Made by a program: the position numbers and the translations under genes. This document shows positions 9,248 to 19,418 of a stretch of DNA of 64,000 nt, in pieces. The notes under the pieces were generated by a model, which was not told the origin of the DNA, ran no database searches, and worked only from the letters and a program-made list of their open reading frames with translations. The stretch is from the IMG/VR virus record IMGVR_UViG_3300033153_007277, positions 6,208-70,207 of that record; one strand, given 5' to 3'. The stretch is from a virus. The stretch's first letter is position 1, and every line of letters begins with the position of its first letter.

Positions 9248-9280
9248 TACTTTCGAAGTACGAAACTCGATAGGAAAGAA

Positions 9281-9311
9281 GAGGGCTTGCATTAATTTGT
9301 GAGCCTTTTTT
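9281..9311 (+). terminator. intrinsic terminator
   Basis: AGGGCTTGC/GTGAGCCTT stem and T run. Confidence 0.6.
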
Positions 9312-9335
9312 CATATCTTTATCAAAAATTAAATT

Positions 9336-9575
9336 ATGGCAAAAGAAAAATATTTTGTGGAAGGAGAACTTTCACCAGAAGACGTTGGATTAACGATAGT
9401 TGAAATAAGAGACTGGATTGGTATAACGCAAGAAGGATTAGCTAAGGAAATCGGAATCAAGCTGGCAACCCTCAAGGACATCGAGGAAGGCAGAACAGCC
9501 CACGGTTACAATGCCCTATCAAAAGCAGTAGCTAAATACGATCTGAAATGTACAATCAGAGTTGAACAAAAATAA
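9336..9575 (+). CDS. XRE-family HTH regulator
   Basis: IR...GITQEGLAKEIGI...TL..IEEG. Confidence 0.85.
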   Translation: MAKEKYFVEGELSPEDVGLTIVEIRDWIGITQEGLAKEIGIKLATLKDIEEGRTAHGYNALSKAVAKYDLKCTIRVEQK

Positions 9576-9580
9576 ATATT

Positions 9581-9919
9581 ATGCATCTTACTGATTTAAT
9601 AATTTACTTGTTGGCAACAACGGGGCTGACATTAGCTGTTACATGGTCCAAGATATTTTATCCACTTAGGAATTTATTCGATATCGGAGAACAGACCAGG
9701 AGGGCTATAGACAATCCGCTCAATAAGATGAAAATTAGCCCCCGACAGAGCATTTCTCATTTTATATGGAGTCTTCTAACCTGCCCCTTCTGTTTGGCAT
9801 TCTGGTGTGGGTTTGTAATATGGTGGTTAATGGGAACTGGAGAAATAGGATATGCTATATGCTTATCACTATCAGTAAGTACAGTGACGTATTCTATTTA
9901 CCGAGCGTTTTGGTTGTAA
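9581..9919 (+). CDS. DUF1360-like membrane protein
   Basis: TM segments; SKIF.PLR and LLTCPFCLAFW. Confidence 0.65.
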   Translation: MHLTDLIIYLLATTGLTLAVTWSKIFYPLRNLFDIGEQTRRAIDNPLNKMKISPRQSISHFIWSLLTCPFCLAFWCGFVIWWLMGTGEIGYAICLSLSVSTVTYSIYRAFWL

Positions 9920-10544
9920 TGACTCCAGCAACAAATCCTAGTCCAATTTGGAACGGGGCTGACTCAAACCATTTCTTTTTCTTCTTAATTGTGTAACTGG
10001 TTATTGGTCCAGTATTCACATAAGGGTTGCTGTTCTGAATAGTAACTATATGGTCGTTCTTCTTGAATAGGCCATTTTTTTTGGTGCCTAAAACAATTGA
10101 TTGAATGTTCGGGATCTGGATACTATCTAATTTGAACATTGTGTTTGTAACGCTTCCGGATAAAGAATAGAACTCATGCTCAAGGCCAAATGGTTTATAA
10201 AAAGGAAAGCATGGAATACTATCTGTAAACCTCACTTCCACTTCTTTAATAACTATCTTCTCCTTAATCTGAATTATCACCCCCGGGTCTTTCATTTTTA
10301 TGTTCTTGATAGCTTTACTCAAACTATCATTCATCGTCATGAGGGTTTTCTCGGATATCTCAAGGGACTCATTGTATGCAATTACATCACCATTAAGGGC
10401 TTTATAGAACTTTACGGTATCAGAATAGTCAACATAGGATTCTACTTCATTACGGAAGATGTTTTTATCATTACACTGCTTGAAAACCACCATCAATATA
10501 AAGATGATAATCCCGTACATTACTATTCTTTCTAGACCCTTCAC
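9894..10544 (-). CDS. spanin-like lysis protein with N- and C-terminal membrane anchors
   Basis: N-terminal TM, coiled coil, KKKKKWF followed by hydrophobic tail; downstream of the endolysin. Confidence 0.55.
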   Translation of the reverse strand: MKGLERIVMYGIIIFILMVVFKQCNDKNIFRNEVESYVDYSDTVKFYKALNGDVIAYNESLEISEKTLMTMNDSLSKAIKNIKMKDPGVIIQIKEKIVIKEVEVRFTDSIPCFPFYKPFGLEHEFYSLSGSVTNTMFKLDSIQIPNIQSIVLGTKKNGLFKKNDHIVTIQNSNPYVNTGPITSYTIKKKKKWFESAPFQIGLGFVAGVITTKTLGK

Positions 10545-10660
10545 TTAGTAGTTCTTTTCTTCAATAGATAGACTGGCCTTCCTTTTATCATTTTGACATT
10601 TCTTTGTGGGACTGGTCTAGCCACTGGTCTTTCTGTTTTCTTTCCTTCGCAACACCCCAT
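10541..10660 (-). CDS. small basic protein (39 aa, MGCCEGKK...)
   Basis: Read manually; overlaps both neighbours in translational-coupling fashion. Confidence 0.45.
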   Translation of the reverse strand: MGCCEGKKTERPVARPVPQRNVKMIKGRPVYLLKKRTTK

Positions 10661-11259
10661 TATAACCACTCTTCTTTAAGTAAAGTATAAGTAAAGGAGT
10701 TACTCCATATTTCAGCTGACTCTGAACAGATTCTAATAAAGGTGTTGAAGTCGTGGGGATTCTGTAGAACTTGGCAACCAGCCGACCATTTCCTCACCTG
10801 AACCGACTCATTCTTAGCATTAGCCCTATGGATATTAATCCCAAACATTCCTGTCTCGGTTTCATCAAGATCCATATCGTGCTCTGAGTCTTTATTGTTG
10901 TCTCTGAATACGGTAACATCTTTAGCCTGGCATAATGCCATATATTTCCCTTGGTGCTTTCTCAGTGCATAAGCTCCTCTGTACTGACCCTCCTTTAAAA
11001 TAGCACATCCACTACCATTAAGCGGATTCTCTAGCCAGTGAATACCTGCATCTGCAGTCATAGGAAATTGCAACAAACTCCAAAATCCCTCATGTTTCCA
11101 AAAAACACAAAGAACATCATCAAATTTATTAGGCTTTCCGTTAGCTGCTCTAACTCCAACTATATTTAAATTATGACTTTTGTCATCATTCTCGAAAATG
11201 GCATATCCTTTTCCAAGCATTGCCTTCATTAATTTCTTAACGGTTATATCTTTTCTCAT
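10660..11259 (-). CDS. probable endolysin with an L,D-transpeptidase (YkuD)-like catalytic motif
   Basis: GINIH...WSAGCQV motif; located in the lysis cassette. Confidence 0.65.
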   Translation of the reverse strand: MRKDITVKKLMKAMLGKGYAIFENDDKSHNLNIVGVRAANGKPNKFDDVLCVFWKHEGFWSLLQFPMTADAGIHWLENPLNGSGCAILKEGQYRGAYALRKHQGKYMALCQAKDVTVFRDNNKDSEHDMDLDETETGMFGINIHRANAKNESVQVRKWSAGCQVLQNPHDFNTFIRICSESAEIWSNSFTYTLLKEEWL

Positions 11260-11549
11260 TACTTAAAATATTGTCTGAGCTTGTCAGCCCTGTTTTTAGA
11301 TTGGGACTGCTTCTTTGTATCATGACTCTTTTTAGATTGATGAGCTTCATCAATTCCATCGTGATTACCGTGAGTGCCCTTTTTGCGATTGATTGCTTGT
11401 AGCACGGATCTATACTTCTTGCGGGCTTTTGTAGAGTGATACTTCTTGTTGTAGGCATCTCTCTTTTTTGCAGCTTCTGGATGTGTCTGGTAATATCTTG
11501 CTGATTTACTTTTACCTTTCTTTGTTCCTGCTAGTCCGTTCCGTGCCAT
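11259..11549 (-). CDS. small basic protein with degenerate HNH-like C-terminus
   Basis: K/R-rich; GNHDGIDEAH...SKNRA. Confidence 0.6.
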   Translation of the reverse strand: MARNGLAGTKKGKSKSARYYQTHPEAAKKRDAYNKKYHSTKARKKYRSVLQAINRKKGTHGNHDGIDEAHQSKKSHDTKKQSQSKNRADKLRQYFK

Positions 11550-11554
11550 GGTAA

Positions 11555-11872
11555 TTATTTCTTTTTGAGTTCTGCGATATAATCTTCGAAATCACATAAA
11601 TCCTTATGCATAGCCGCCCAATGGAAGTTAACCACACAGCCTTTAATAGTTTCGTAGATGTGCTCTTCTATTTCTACTTCTTCGTCAACCTTTAGCTTAT
11701 CGTGTATAAGACACTGAACATCTAATCTCTTTTTCTGTTCTGATGTGACTAACCCTTCTCTAGGGATTCCGTCGGTACAAGCTTTTACAAGGTCTTGGTA
11801 ACTCAACTCCTTAATAGATCCGTCTAATTGAGGTTCTTTAATTTCAGTTGGTTTGTTTTTGAATATTCTCAT
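11555..11872 (-). CDS. hypothetical protein
   Basis: ATG (MRIFKNK) preferred because the TATATTTG promoter at 11894-11901 overlaps the TTG start. Confidence 0.6.
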   Translation of the reverse strand: MRIFKNKPTEIKEPQLDGSIKELSYQDLVKACTDGIPREGLVTSEQKKRLDVQCLIHDKLKVDEEVEIEEHIYETIKGCVVNFHWAAMHKDLCDFEDYIAELKKK

Positions 11873-11912
11873 TCGTATAAGTTTTAATTTATACAAATAT
11901 AGGCATTTTTAT

Positions 11913-12119
11913 TTACGCCTCTTTCTTGAAGAAATTTGTAAGAAACTTTCCAGCCACACCTATACCTAAAGCAACATAAGAAATCATGTGGGCATCTTCA
12001 GATATTCCGTAAGCCGTAATAAAGGCTGACACTGACAACAAGGCATCTCCTAATTTTCTCCACTTAGCTGGAGTAGGGGCACCGTAATTTGAAGTAACTT
12101 TTTCTATTGTTTTTTTCAT
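11913..12119 (-). CDS. putative holin
   Basis: 68 aa, two TM helices, basic termini. Confidence 0.6.
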   Translation of the reverse strand: MKKTIEKVTSNYGAPTPAKWRKLGDALLSVSAFITAYGISEDAHMISYVALGIGVAGKFLTNFFKKEA

Positions 12120-12406
12120 TTCTTTAACTCATGTATAGCTGTTATTATTCGCAACTCCATAGCTTGCATTTTTCCGGTAATTTCTGTAACTGAATTATCA
12201 GATCTTTCCCTATTTTCTTTAACATCTGTTTTAACAGCTTCAATCCTTTTGTTAAAAATCTTCTGATTAGTTTCTAAAGTCTCTATTCTTAACTTTAATA
12301 AGTTAACTGAACCTTTTAATCTAAACCATACCCCAACAGCTCCTCCCGCTCCAAACAATATACTCAAAAGAGTTTGTAATCCAAATGTCATTTCTCCTGC
12401 ATCCAT
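12116..12406 (-). CDS. TM plus coiled-coil protein (holin-associated)
   Basis: N-terminal TM then heptad repeats. Confidence 0.55.
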   Translation of the reverse strand: MDAGEMTFGLQTLLSILFGAGGAVGVWFRLKGSVNLLKLRIETLETNQKIFNKRIEAVKTDVKENRERSDNSVTEITGKMQAMELRIITAIHELKK

Positions 12407-12417
12407 CCTAATCTTTT

Positions 12418-12792
12418 TTAATTCTCTTTATATTTTACATTTCTTTTTGGTTTAATCAAACCACACATCAATAATAAGTAAAATATAGGAGCTATTATGC
12501 CGCAAACCATTATTGTTAATAAACTTAATATAAACATCATAATAGGATTGGGGGCTATATACTTCTCACTATCATCATTATGGTAGGCGAAATGGCAATG
12601 ATCTGGACCGTCTAAAGGAAAGAAGGTTCTATTGATTATGAATTGCATCATAACCCAATACCATTTTGTGAAGTCCCAAGCATGATTGGCATAATAACCT
12701 ACTCTGCCCGAAATAGTACAATCGGGATTACCCCCAGCAATAGCATTACCTAGTTGGTCAATTGAAACTAATATGTTCCCAACATAGCTCAT
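12418..12792 (-). CDS. conserved phage membrane protein
   Basis: SIDQLGNA..GG.PD.TIS.R.G...DHC motif seen near phage lysis and tail genes. Confidence 0.6.
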   Translation of the reverse strand: MSYVGNILVSIDQLGNAIAGGNPDCTISGRVGYYANHAWDFTKWYWVMMQFIINRTFFPLDGPDHCHFAYHNDDSEKYIAPNPIMMFILSLLTIMVCGIIAPIFYLLLMCGLIKPKRNVKYKEN

Positions 12793-13169
12793 TATCTTTC
12801 GTCTACAATAGCTTCAGAAGCAGCTCTGTCAGCAGCATCAAATATTTGTTTCTTAAGAATCCTTCCTGTATCTAAATGTCTTTTTAAAGTATCTTTACCT
12901 GCTGTCCAAAAAGCAACTACATTAGCTTCAGCTAAACTGTATTCGTTATTGTCTAATGTACTTATGTCTAACGGGAAAGTAAATGCAGATTGGTTAGTAT
13001 GTATCTCAGTCCAATTTATCTGAGCATATACAGATAAAGAAAATGTATTAGATTCATAAGGAAAACCTGCTGAAATTAATATAGCAGTTCTTGTGTCTAT
13101 TTCATTGTACCTGTATGCCTTGTATTCGTCAAGAGTATAGCCAGAAGTATCTATTCTTTGTTTTAGCAT
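12792..13169 (-). CDS. DUF4376-like tail-associated protein
   Basis: GF.Y....F, T.DN....L, LK.QI..A pattern; follows the tail spike. Confidence 0.6.
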   Translation of the reverse strand: MLKQRIDTSGYTLDEYKAYRYNEIDTRTAILISAGFPYESNTFSLSVYAQINWTEIHTNQSAFTFPLDISTLDNNEYSLAEANVVAFWTAGKDTLKRHLDTGRILKKQIFDAADRAASEAIVDER

Positions 13170-13172
13170 GTC

Positions 13173-14672
13173 TTAAAATATTATTGTTATTTGTTGCCCA
13201 TGTTCAATATAAACATCTGGATTACCACCAGAGCTACTACCTCTTCTCACCCTACATGTATAAGATTTATTTTCATCTAAAATAAAGTCCTCAGTTGATA
13301 TGAGTTCATCAACACCACCAGTAGTTATTGTTTTCCAAACAACACCACCTCCATAGGTTGTCGCAGGACTATCGGTAGCTTCGTCATCTGTAGCGTCCGT
13401 TCTATTAGGATTCGTTATTTCAATCCAATCAGCACCATCATTTACATCTGTTATTTCAAATACTCCATCATTAGAGGCGTTAGTAGCCGATTCAATAATC
13501 ATTTTATCTCCAACTCTTGCTCTTGATAAATCAGGTGTTGTATTAAATGTATATCTAATAGTATTACCAGATTGCCATGCAATAGTATCAACATCTAATT
13601 TGGCTAAACCACCAAATCCCATTACTAAGTTGTTTGTGGTATTGTACATTTCAATTACAACGTCCTGTCCAGATTGATCATGACCAACTGTAACATCAAA
13701 CCTTGCTTTAATAGTGGATGCATCTGGATTATATGAAGAAATCTCTCCTATAAATACAGGAGATTCTCCAGGTGCTGTTGGATCAGTTATCTCTAAAAAT
13801 GTAGTACTTGTTGTACTCCATGATGATTTTATTGATGAATCAACATCTATATAAGCACCTGCTAAACCATCATTTGCATCAAATGGTATTCTCCAATTAG
13901 TTGTGCTTGCATCAGCACCGATTAAAGGAATTACATCATAACCTTCAAAATGACTTGATTCAATAGATGCTTCGCCAAATGTAGTTGGATCAACAACAGA
14001 AGAAACATCTATAGCTATATCACCAGATTGATCTGATTCAAATGTACAATTTGCAACATCTAATTTTTCAGCTTTGTAAGATTGGCAATCTAAAAATGTA
14101 GTAGGTCCTGACCCTGAATTTCTTGAATGTATTATAAACGCATCACTCATGTGTATATGTCGCACTTCTGCCGTACGAACAATACCCTCATTCCAATTAT
14201 TAAAATGGACTAAGGTATCAATATGAATGTCGTGCATTTCTCCAAGAGTCATAACCCTATTACAAGTATGTATTCTTGTTCTGTGTATAACAAGTTCTTT
14301 TGTGCCAGTAGTATCAGAAATATTTAAAACTGTTCCAGAAGGACAAGAAAGAGCTGTTGAAGCTATACCACATCCAACATCAGTAGCAGTTACTAAATCA
14401 CCAGCCAAACCTGTAGAAGTAAGAGATGTATGAGCTTCACCACTTCCAAGTATACAACAATCTCCACCAAAAACTATTCTATCTCCAGCTAAGTCTACAT
14501 GAGCCCCTAAATGATAGGCTCCTGAAGGAATTGTAATAACACCTCCAGCGTAAGTAGTAGCAGCATCAATAAAATCTTGAGCAGTGTTTATAACAACAAT
14601 ATTAGTAAGCTGTTTTAAAACAGTGATTCCTAAATCATCAAGACCATTTAACATTCTTTTTTCGCCAGCCAT
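13173..14672 (-). CDS. tail spike / receptor-binding protein (beta-helix-like)
   Basis: Beta-rich repeats after an N-terminal GVIT..G.Y motif; tail module context. Confidence 0.6.
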   Translation of the reverse strand: MAGEKRMLNGLDDLGITVLKQLTNIVVINTAQDFIDAATTYAGGVITIPSGAYHLGAHVDLAGDRIVFGGDCCILGSGEAHTSLTSTGLAGDLVTATDVGCGIASTALSCPSGTVLNISDTTGTKELVIHRTRIHTCNRVMTLGEMHDIHIDTLVHFNNWNEGIVRTAEVRHIHMSDAFIIHSRNSGSGPTTFLDCQSYKAEKLDVANCTFESDQSGDIAIDVSSVVDPTTFGEASIESSHFEGYDVIPLIGADASTTNWRIPFDANDGLAGAYIDVDSSIKSSWSTTSTTFLEITDPTAPGESPVFIGEISSYNPDASTIKARFDVTVGHDQSGQDVVIEMYNTTNNLVMGFGGLAKLDVDTIAWQSGNTIRYTFNTTPDLSRARVGDKMIIESATNASNDGVFEITDVNDGADWIEITNPNRTDATDDEATDSPATTYGGGVVWKTITTGGVDELISTEDFILDENKSYTCRVRRGSSSGGNPDVYIEHGQQITIIF

Positions 14673-14674
14673 AA

Positions 14675-15073
14675 TTATACTATTGGAGCACCATTAATGC
14701 TTGTTAATCTATTTATTACGGATACAGCTATATCGATACCTGTTTGACCGTTTAACCATAACATGTACTCATCAGTTGCAGGATCAAATAATATAACATC
14801 TGGATCATCAATCATAGATCCTGGATTCTCTGGATCATCAATTTGAGGAGCTACTAAAGGTAGTCCATTTGGATTAAAAATAATTTGATAATCTTTAATT
14901 TCAGGAGCAAATTCTTCTGAACCTCCATCAGCAATATGATAATCTTTGTATAATACAACTATTCTTTTATTGCCAACTAAATTTATATGAACCTCTTCAA
15001 GTTCATTAAATCTTTTTAAACCAGGTATTTTTGAAGTTACCTCTGTTTTTATTACTGTTGTTAAATAATCCAT
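14675..15073 (-). CDS. hypothetical tail-associated protein
   Basis: Position between fibre genes. Confidence 0.55.
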   Translation of the reverse strand: MDYLTTVIKTEVTSKIPGLKRFNELEEVHINLVGNKRIVVLYKDYHIADGGSEEFAPEIKDYQIIFNPNGLPLVAPQIDDPENPGSMIDDPDVILFDPATDEYMLWLNGQTGIDIAVSVINRLTSINGAPIV

Positions 15074-15084
15074 ATCTTTTATTA

Positions 15085-16290
15085 TTAAGCTAATTGTATT
15101 GCTAATGTTCCACCAGCATCTACGTAAATTCTATATCTTGTTCCTGAAGTTTCTTGAGCAACTATTAATCCTAATCCATTACCAACCGTTTCAATACCAC
15201 CAGTTACAGTTAGTTTCGAAGCTCCAGTTGCAGCTCCTATAACAACATTATCTGCACTCCAATCAACTCTAAGTAAGTTGGCATCTGATGTTCCTTCAAA
15301 CAATGCATCTGCTGTTTTAGTGTGCAAAATAGTATTTGTTGCTGGAACTATATGTCCAAGTGCTAATCGTTGTTGAATATAGTTAGGTGGTCCACCTCCA
15401 GTAGATAATTGAGTTTGTATTGTTCCTCCTGAATCAGTTATGGTCATATACGGATTAACACCCGTTTGAGTAAAAATGAATTTACCTGACCCACTAAATG
15501 CTCTAAATTGAGCAATCTTTCCTGCTGATGCAGCTGCTGTTGATGTTAATGGAGCATAAGCAACAACCCCTCCTGCTACAATAGAGCCTGTATTTGTTAG
15601 GACACCTATATTAGAATAATTTAATATATGAGATGCATCTGAATTTTGAGCTCTAAAAGAATATGTTCCGCTTCCGGTATCGACACCTTTTGTATGAAGC
15701 TTTGCTGATGATGGATTTACTCCTACACCAAGATTTCCTGTTTGTACATGTAAACCATCAGCTTCTGCTCTTAATTTAGAAACAACAGCACCTGCTTTAT
15801 ACAATTCAATAATGCCTTGTCCTATTGATTCTGCTCTCAATTGAAATGCAATATTATCAGGAGTTGCAATAGTTCCAGACCTACCTATAATAACGGGTTT
15901 TGAATATCCACTTGAAACAGAAGCTGAAATTTCAATAGTTCCTGAAGGAGCATAAGTAGCCTCTTTACCCCATGCTATTTTCTTTGTTGGGTTAGTTGCT
16001 GTATGTGTACTATGGATAGATCCTTCTCTGTTAATGCTTGTATAGTCAGAATTTGTGCTATTTGTAAATTTAACTGAATCAGCTAAAGATGCGTTTGGAG
16101 CTAAAAAATCTAAAGTATTTGTTCCAACTGTAACTACTGTTGTACCGCCTAAAGCTCCACTTCCTCCGTAAATTCCACCAGCAGCTAAATCAGCCATTGT
16201 AGCAAATGGATTCATAGCTGTAGGTGCTGCTGCACTTATAGCTGCTTGATACTCGTTATTTGGTAAATATCTTTTTATTCTAGTACCCAT
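15085..16290 (-). CDS. tail fibre protein
   Basis: G/A/T/S-rich with GNLGVG...SAKLH and NVVIG...SKLTV.G repeats. Confidence 0.7.
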   Translation of the reverse strand: MGTRIKRYLPNNEYQAAISAAAPTAMNPFATMADLAAGGIYGGSGALGGTTVVTVGTNTLDFLAPNASLADSVKFTNSTNSDYTSINREGSIHSTHTATNPTKKIAWGKEATYAPSGTIEISASVSSGYSKPVIIGRSGTIATPDNIAFQLRAESIGQGIIELYKAGAVVSKLRAEADGLHVQTGNLGVGVNPSSAKLHTKGVDTGSGTYSFRAQNSDASHILNYSNIGVLTNTGSIVAGGVVAYAPLTSTAAASAGKIAQFRAFSGSGKFIFTQTGVNPYMTITDSGGTIQTQLSTGGGPPNYIQQRLALGHIVPATNTILHTKTADALFEGTSDANLLRVDWSADNVVIGAATGASKLTVTGGIETVGNGLGLIVAQETSGTRYRIYVDAGGTLAIQLA

Positions 16291-16300
16291 ATTAAATGTT

Positions 16301-17176
16301 TTATACTACTGTTGTAATGTCTAAATCTCCTGTTGCTATAGTTACATAAGTGATAGCTCCTAAAGTATCGTTTTCTCCACCAGCATCAAAATCAATTCCC
16401 TTTCCAGACGCTAATGACGTTCCTTGTATAGTCGCTGCTGTAGGTCCATTATTAAAGAACGATACTGATCTTGCTCCTGCAGCTACTGACGAACTTGCTA
16501 TGCCCGCTACATTAGTATATGAAGGTGTACGGACCACAACTGCTGAAACCTCGTTTAAAAGAGATATAATAGCTCCTTCTGTATCAACGTAAGAGATAGC
16601 TCCTACTGGAACATATGTAGCTCCTGTAGAATCATAATATTGAGAGGCTCCGAAAGTACTTGTAGTTTGATCCCAGATAACAACTTCCCTAAAGATCAAA
16701 TTAGCAGCTCCAGCATCTTTCATGAACCTCGATTCATAATCCTTTCCTTTCTGAAGTTCTGCCAATACTAATACTTGGTTGGCAGCTGTTGCGGCACCAG
16801 CCGCTGCCGCTATAGTTAATGCTTGAAAAGAAGCTAACCAAGTAGTAATACTTGTAACGGCAAGAAGCATTTTATCATTAAGTGACGCTCCAGCTTGCCA
16901 TGCGGCTTGATTAGCCACATTCTCGACATCAAACTCTAAAACATCTCTAACATCACCTTGTCTCTTCAGAGAAATTAAAGCTCTTGATCCTTTGTTTTCT
17001 CCAGGATGTCTATTTGCTCTATCAGCGTTTTGTTTCGCTATTCTTGCGGAAACGTCTAACTGGTTCTTTGATATAGTTTCCCAATTTACACCATCCCAGC
17101 TAATAGCTAAATGTCCTAGCCAAGAAGCATCAATATTCTCACCATTATCTATATATATTACTCTTTCAGTTGCCAT
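16301..17176 (-). CDS. virion structural protein
   Basis: Ala/Thr-rich, in tail module. Confidence 0.55.
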   Translation of the reverse strand: MATERVIYIDNGENIDASWLGHLAISWDGVNWETISKNQLDVSARIAKQNADRANRHPGENKGSRALISLKRQGDVRDVLEFDVENVANQAAWQAGASLNDKMLLAVTSITTWLASFQALTIAAAAGAATAANQVLVLAELQKGKDYESRFMKDAGAANLIFREVVIWDQTTSTFGASQYYDSTGATYVPVGAISYVDTEGAIISLLNEVSAVVVRTPSYTNVAGIASSSVAAGARSVSFFNNGPTAATIQGTSLASGKGIDFDAGGENDTLGAITYVTIATGDLDITTVV

Positions 17177-17178
17177 AA

Positions 17179-17892
17179 TTAATGTTTTTCTCTAACGTGT
17201 AATCTAGCTTGCTTAAGCCATCCATCAGATGCGTTTTTTGTTTTAAATTTTAATAGTACTGACTCTCCTGGACCTAATACAACTTCAGCTATATCAGAGT
17301 TTGATGTATTTATATTATAAACATTGTTATCTAAATCCCCAGGAGTAGGAGTATACGTGAAATCTATCTGAATAGCTCCTATAATCTCTGATTCCATTGT
17401 ATCAGTTGGTACTGTACTTCTATGGAATATTGCCATATCAACATCACTAGCCCCGTAAGATCCTGTCGTGTCAATTTTTCCATAACCGCATACAGCGAAA
17501 ACAATATATGTTTTAGAAGTAGAACTACTATTGGTATGGATAAGAGAAGAATAGCCACCTCCATCTGGAATAAAATAAGTAGAAGGAACAAAATTTGAAT
17601 CATCACCTAAAGACAATGCTGTTTCGTCATTATAGAGCTCCTCATCTAAACATACTTTAGCTGCTAAAGCTTCTACAACATCGGATAAGGTAGCACCAGG
17701 ACTAAGAGGTATGCATGAAGGAAGTGTTCCTTTCCAGCATATTGCATCTTCCATTATTTGTAGTGCTTGAGATAGATTAGCTCCCAATGGTATGTTTAAA
17801 CACGAAAAGTTCGCGTCAAAGCAAACTTCGGAGGTACACACATTAATACCTGATTTTTTAGTCTTCAATAAATCTGGACATCCGTCACTCAT
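17179..17892 (-). CDS. tail-associated structural protein with Cys-rich N-terminal repeats
   Basis: Repeated SC..I/L..GA.LS..(L/V) units. Confidence 0.55.
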   Translation of the reverse strand: MSDGCPDLLKTKKSGINVCTSEVCFDANFSCLNIPLGANLSQALQIMEDAICWKGTLPSCIPLSPGATLSDVVEALAAKVCLDEELYNDETALSLGDDSNFVPSTYFIPDGGGYSSLIHTNSSSTSKTYIVFAVCGYGKIDTTGSYGASDVDMAIFHRSTVPTDTMESEIIGAIQIDFTYTPTPGDLDNNVYNINTSNSDIAEVVLGPGESVLLKFKTKNASDGWLKQARLHVREKH

Positions 17893-17899
17893 AGTTTTG

Positions 17900-18151
17900 T
17901 CATTTGCAACAATTCACAGAAAGGTTTTCCGAAAGCTTACCTGATAAGCAATCTACCTCTCCCTGAGTTAATGACTCACCTTGAGAGCATTCTAGCATCT
18001 TCCAGATAAGTGATTTTGCAAGTGATTCATTCCATGTGCCGTTGCAGCTTGGTAATCCAAATAACTCTGCTCCGGCTAATTTACTAATATCTTTTGAAAT
18101 ATTAGCCTTTGACAACTCAATAATATTATAATCTATACTTATATGACTCAT
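17900..18151 (-). CDS. small Cys-containing tail (hub-like) protein
   Basis: Overlaps upstream gene; ends CCK. Confidence 0.5.
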   Translation of the reverse strand: MSHISIDYNIIELSKANISKDISKLAGAELFGLPSCNGTWNESLAKSLIWKMLECSQGESLTQGEVDCLSGKLSENLSVNCCK

Positions 18152-19398
18152 GAGCAGTTACAAATTGTACGCATTAAATTCATTTGCTGTTCTACCTCAT
18201 TCCAAGCACTACGGTTGATTGAGTACACCATAGCATTCTTCAACAGATCCAATTTAGTTGCCTGTAAAAAATCTCTATTCTTACAAAGCATGTCGTCATT
18301 GCAGAAGTCATTGTTAATCTCACAAAAAGCCTTATGTAAAAGTTTCTCGTTACACTCATTGATATCTAGGCACAAAACAACAACCTTATGTTCCATACAG
18401 TATCTAGTGAGAATTTCCTCATCTAATGTAGGCTCGTAAACTTCCCAATCGAGAGCGTTAAGGTCAGGCTGAGAATTAGTACTATCGAGTATTGCCTTGT
18501 ATAATATGCCATTATAATAAACTACGTTAAGAACTGATGTGATATAAGATGCTGCATTATTCCATGTAGGATAAGTACACATTCTTATAGTGTAAATACC
18601 ATCTCGGTCAATATCGTCCTGGAATAAGAAGTTGTAAGTACTATTACCAACACTCGGAGCCGAAATAGTTTCGTCAACATCTGTTCCTGTAACAGAAGAT
18701 AGAATATATGCACTGTTATCAGGTCTGGTAACTTTTACTCTAATATATTCTGAAAAGTCAGATAGAGTGTGCCCTGAGTTATTGTTGTTGTTATAATTCG
18801 AAGTATCAGTAACAGATAACCCAAGACATCCGTCCAGTACTTCTATAGTGTTTTCTCCAGTGATATCTTCAATATTAGCTACAAAATTAGTAGTAGCTAG
18901 GCAAGATATTACCACGTTTCCAGAATCAGTGTATTTAGGGAAGCCTGCCTCTAGGGTAGGTTCATCGATTAAAACCCAATGTGGATCTCCAGCAGCAGGA
19001 GTGTTTGTTGAAGCTGCAGTGTCAGCAGCCCATAAATCTCCATTCCAAAAAACAACATCACTATCACCGTTCGAATAAGATTCCCCAGAAATAAATGTAG
19101 GCACAGACAATATTGATATAGCGTACGTGCCATTAATATCTGAAGGTTGGAAATTGTATATCGCTGAAAACAAAGATACGGCAGGGGTTTGAGCTAAAGA
19201 ATCTCCACCTGCTTGAGCAGAGTAGATGTATTGAGTGGTATCCGGTCTAGTGACTTTTACCTTGAAAAAAGTATCGAATGCTGATTGGGCATGTGTAACA
19301 ACCTGGTCGTTTGGAAAGTTCGATAAATCTTCGATCTCTAACCAACATCCTCCTGATGGATTTTGTTGAGATGATACTGTAGCGTTAAATACTGCCAT
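18148..19398 (-). CDS. tail hub-like protein with duplicated domain and carbohydrate-binding-like modules
   Basis: Internal repeat KVTRPD...Y..S (twice) and V.(W/Y)NG.L(W/Y).A...P...W modules; Cys-rich C-terminus. Confidence 0.6.
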   Translation of the reverse strand: MAVFNATVSSQQNPSGGCWLEIEDLSNFPNDQVVTHAQSAFDTFFKVKVTRPDTTQYIYSAQAGGDSLAQTPAVSLFSAIYNFQPSDINGTYAISILSVPTFISGESYSNGDSDVVFWNGDLWAADTAASTNTPAAGDPHWVLIDEPTLEAGFPKYTDSGNVVISCLATTNFVANIEDITGENTIEVLDGCLGLSVTDTSNYNNNNNSGHTLSDFSEYIRVKVTRPDNSAYILSSVTGTDVDETISAPSVGNSTYNFLFQDDIDRDGIYTIRMCTYPTWNNAASYITSVLNVVYYNGILYKAILDSTNSQPDLNALDWEVYEPTLDEEILTRYCMEHKVVVLCLDINECNEKLLHKAFCEINNDFCNDDMLCKNRDFLQATKLDLLKNAMVYSINRSAWNEVEQQMNLMRTICNCS

Positions 19399-19402
19399 AT
19401 TG

Positions 19403-19410
19403 CAAATATA
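19403..19410 (-). promoter_or_regulatory. Bacteroidota -7 element, probably leaderless
   Basis: TATATTTG-CAAT-ATG(19398). Confidence 0.55.
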
Positions 19411-19418
19411 TAATAATT

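Noticed and set aside
13173-16290. Diversity-generating retroelement acting on tail genes
   Set aside because: No reverse transcriptase and no template/variable repeat pair seen
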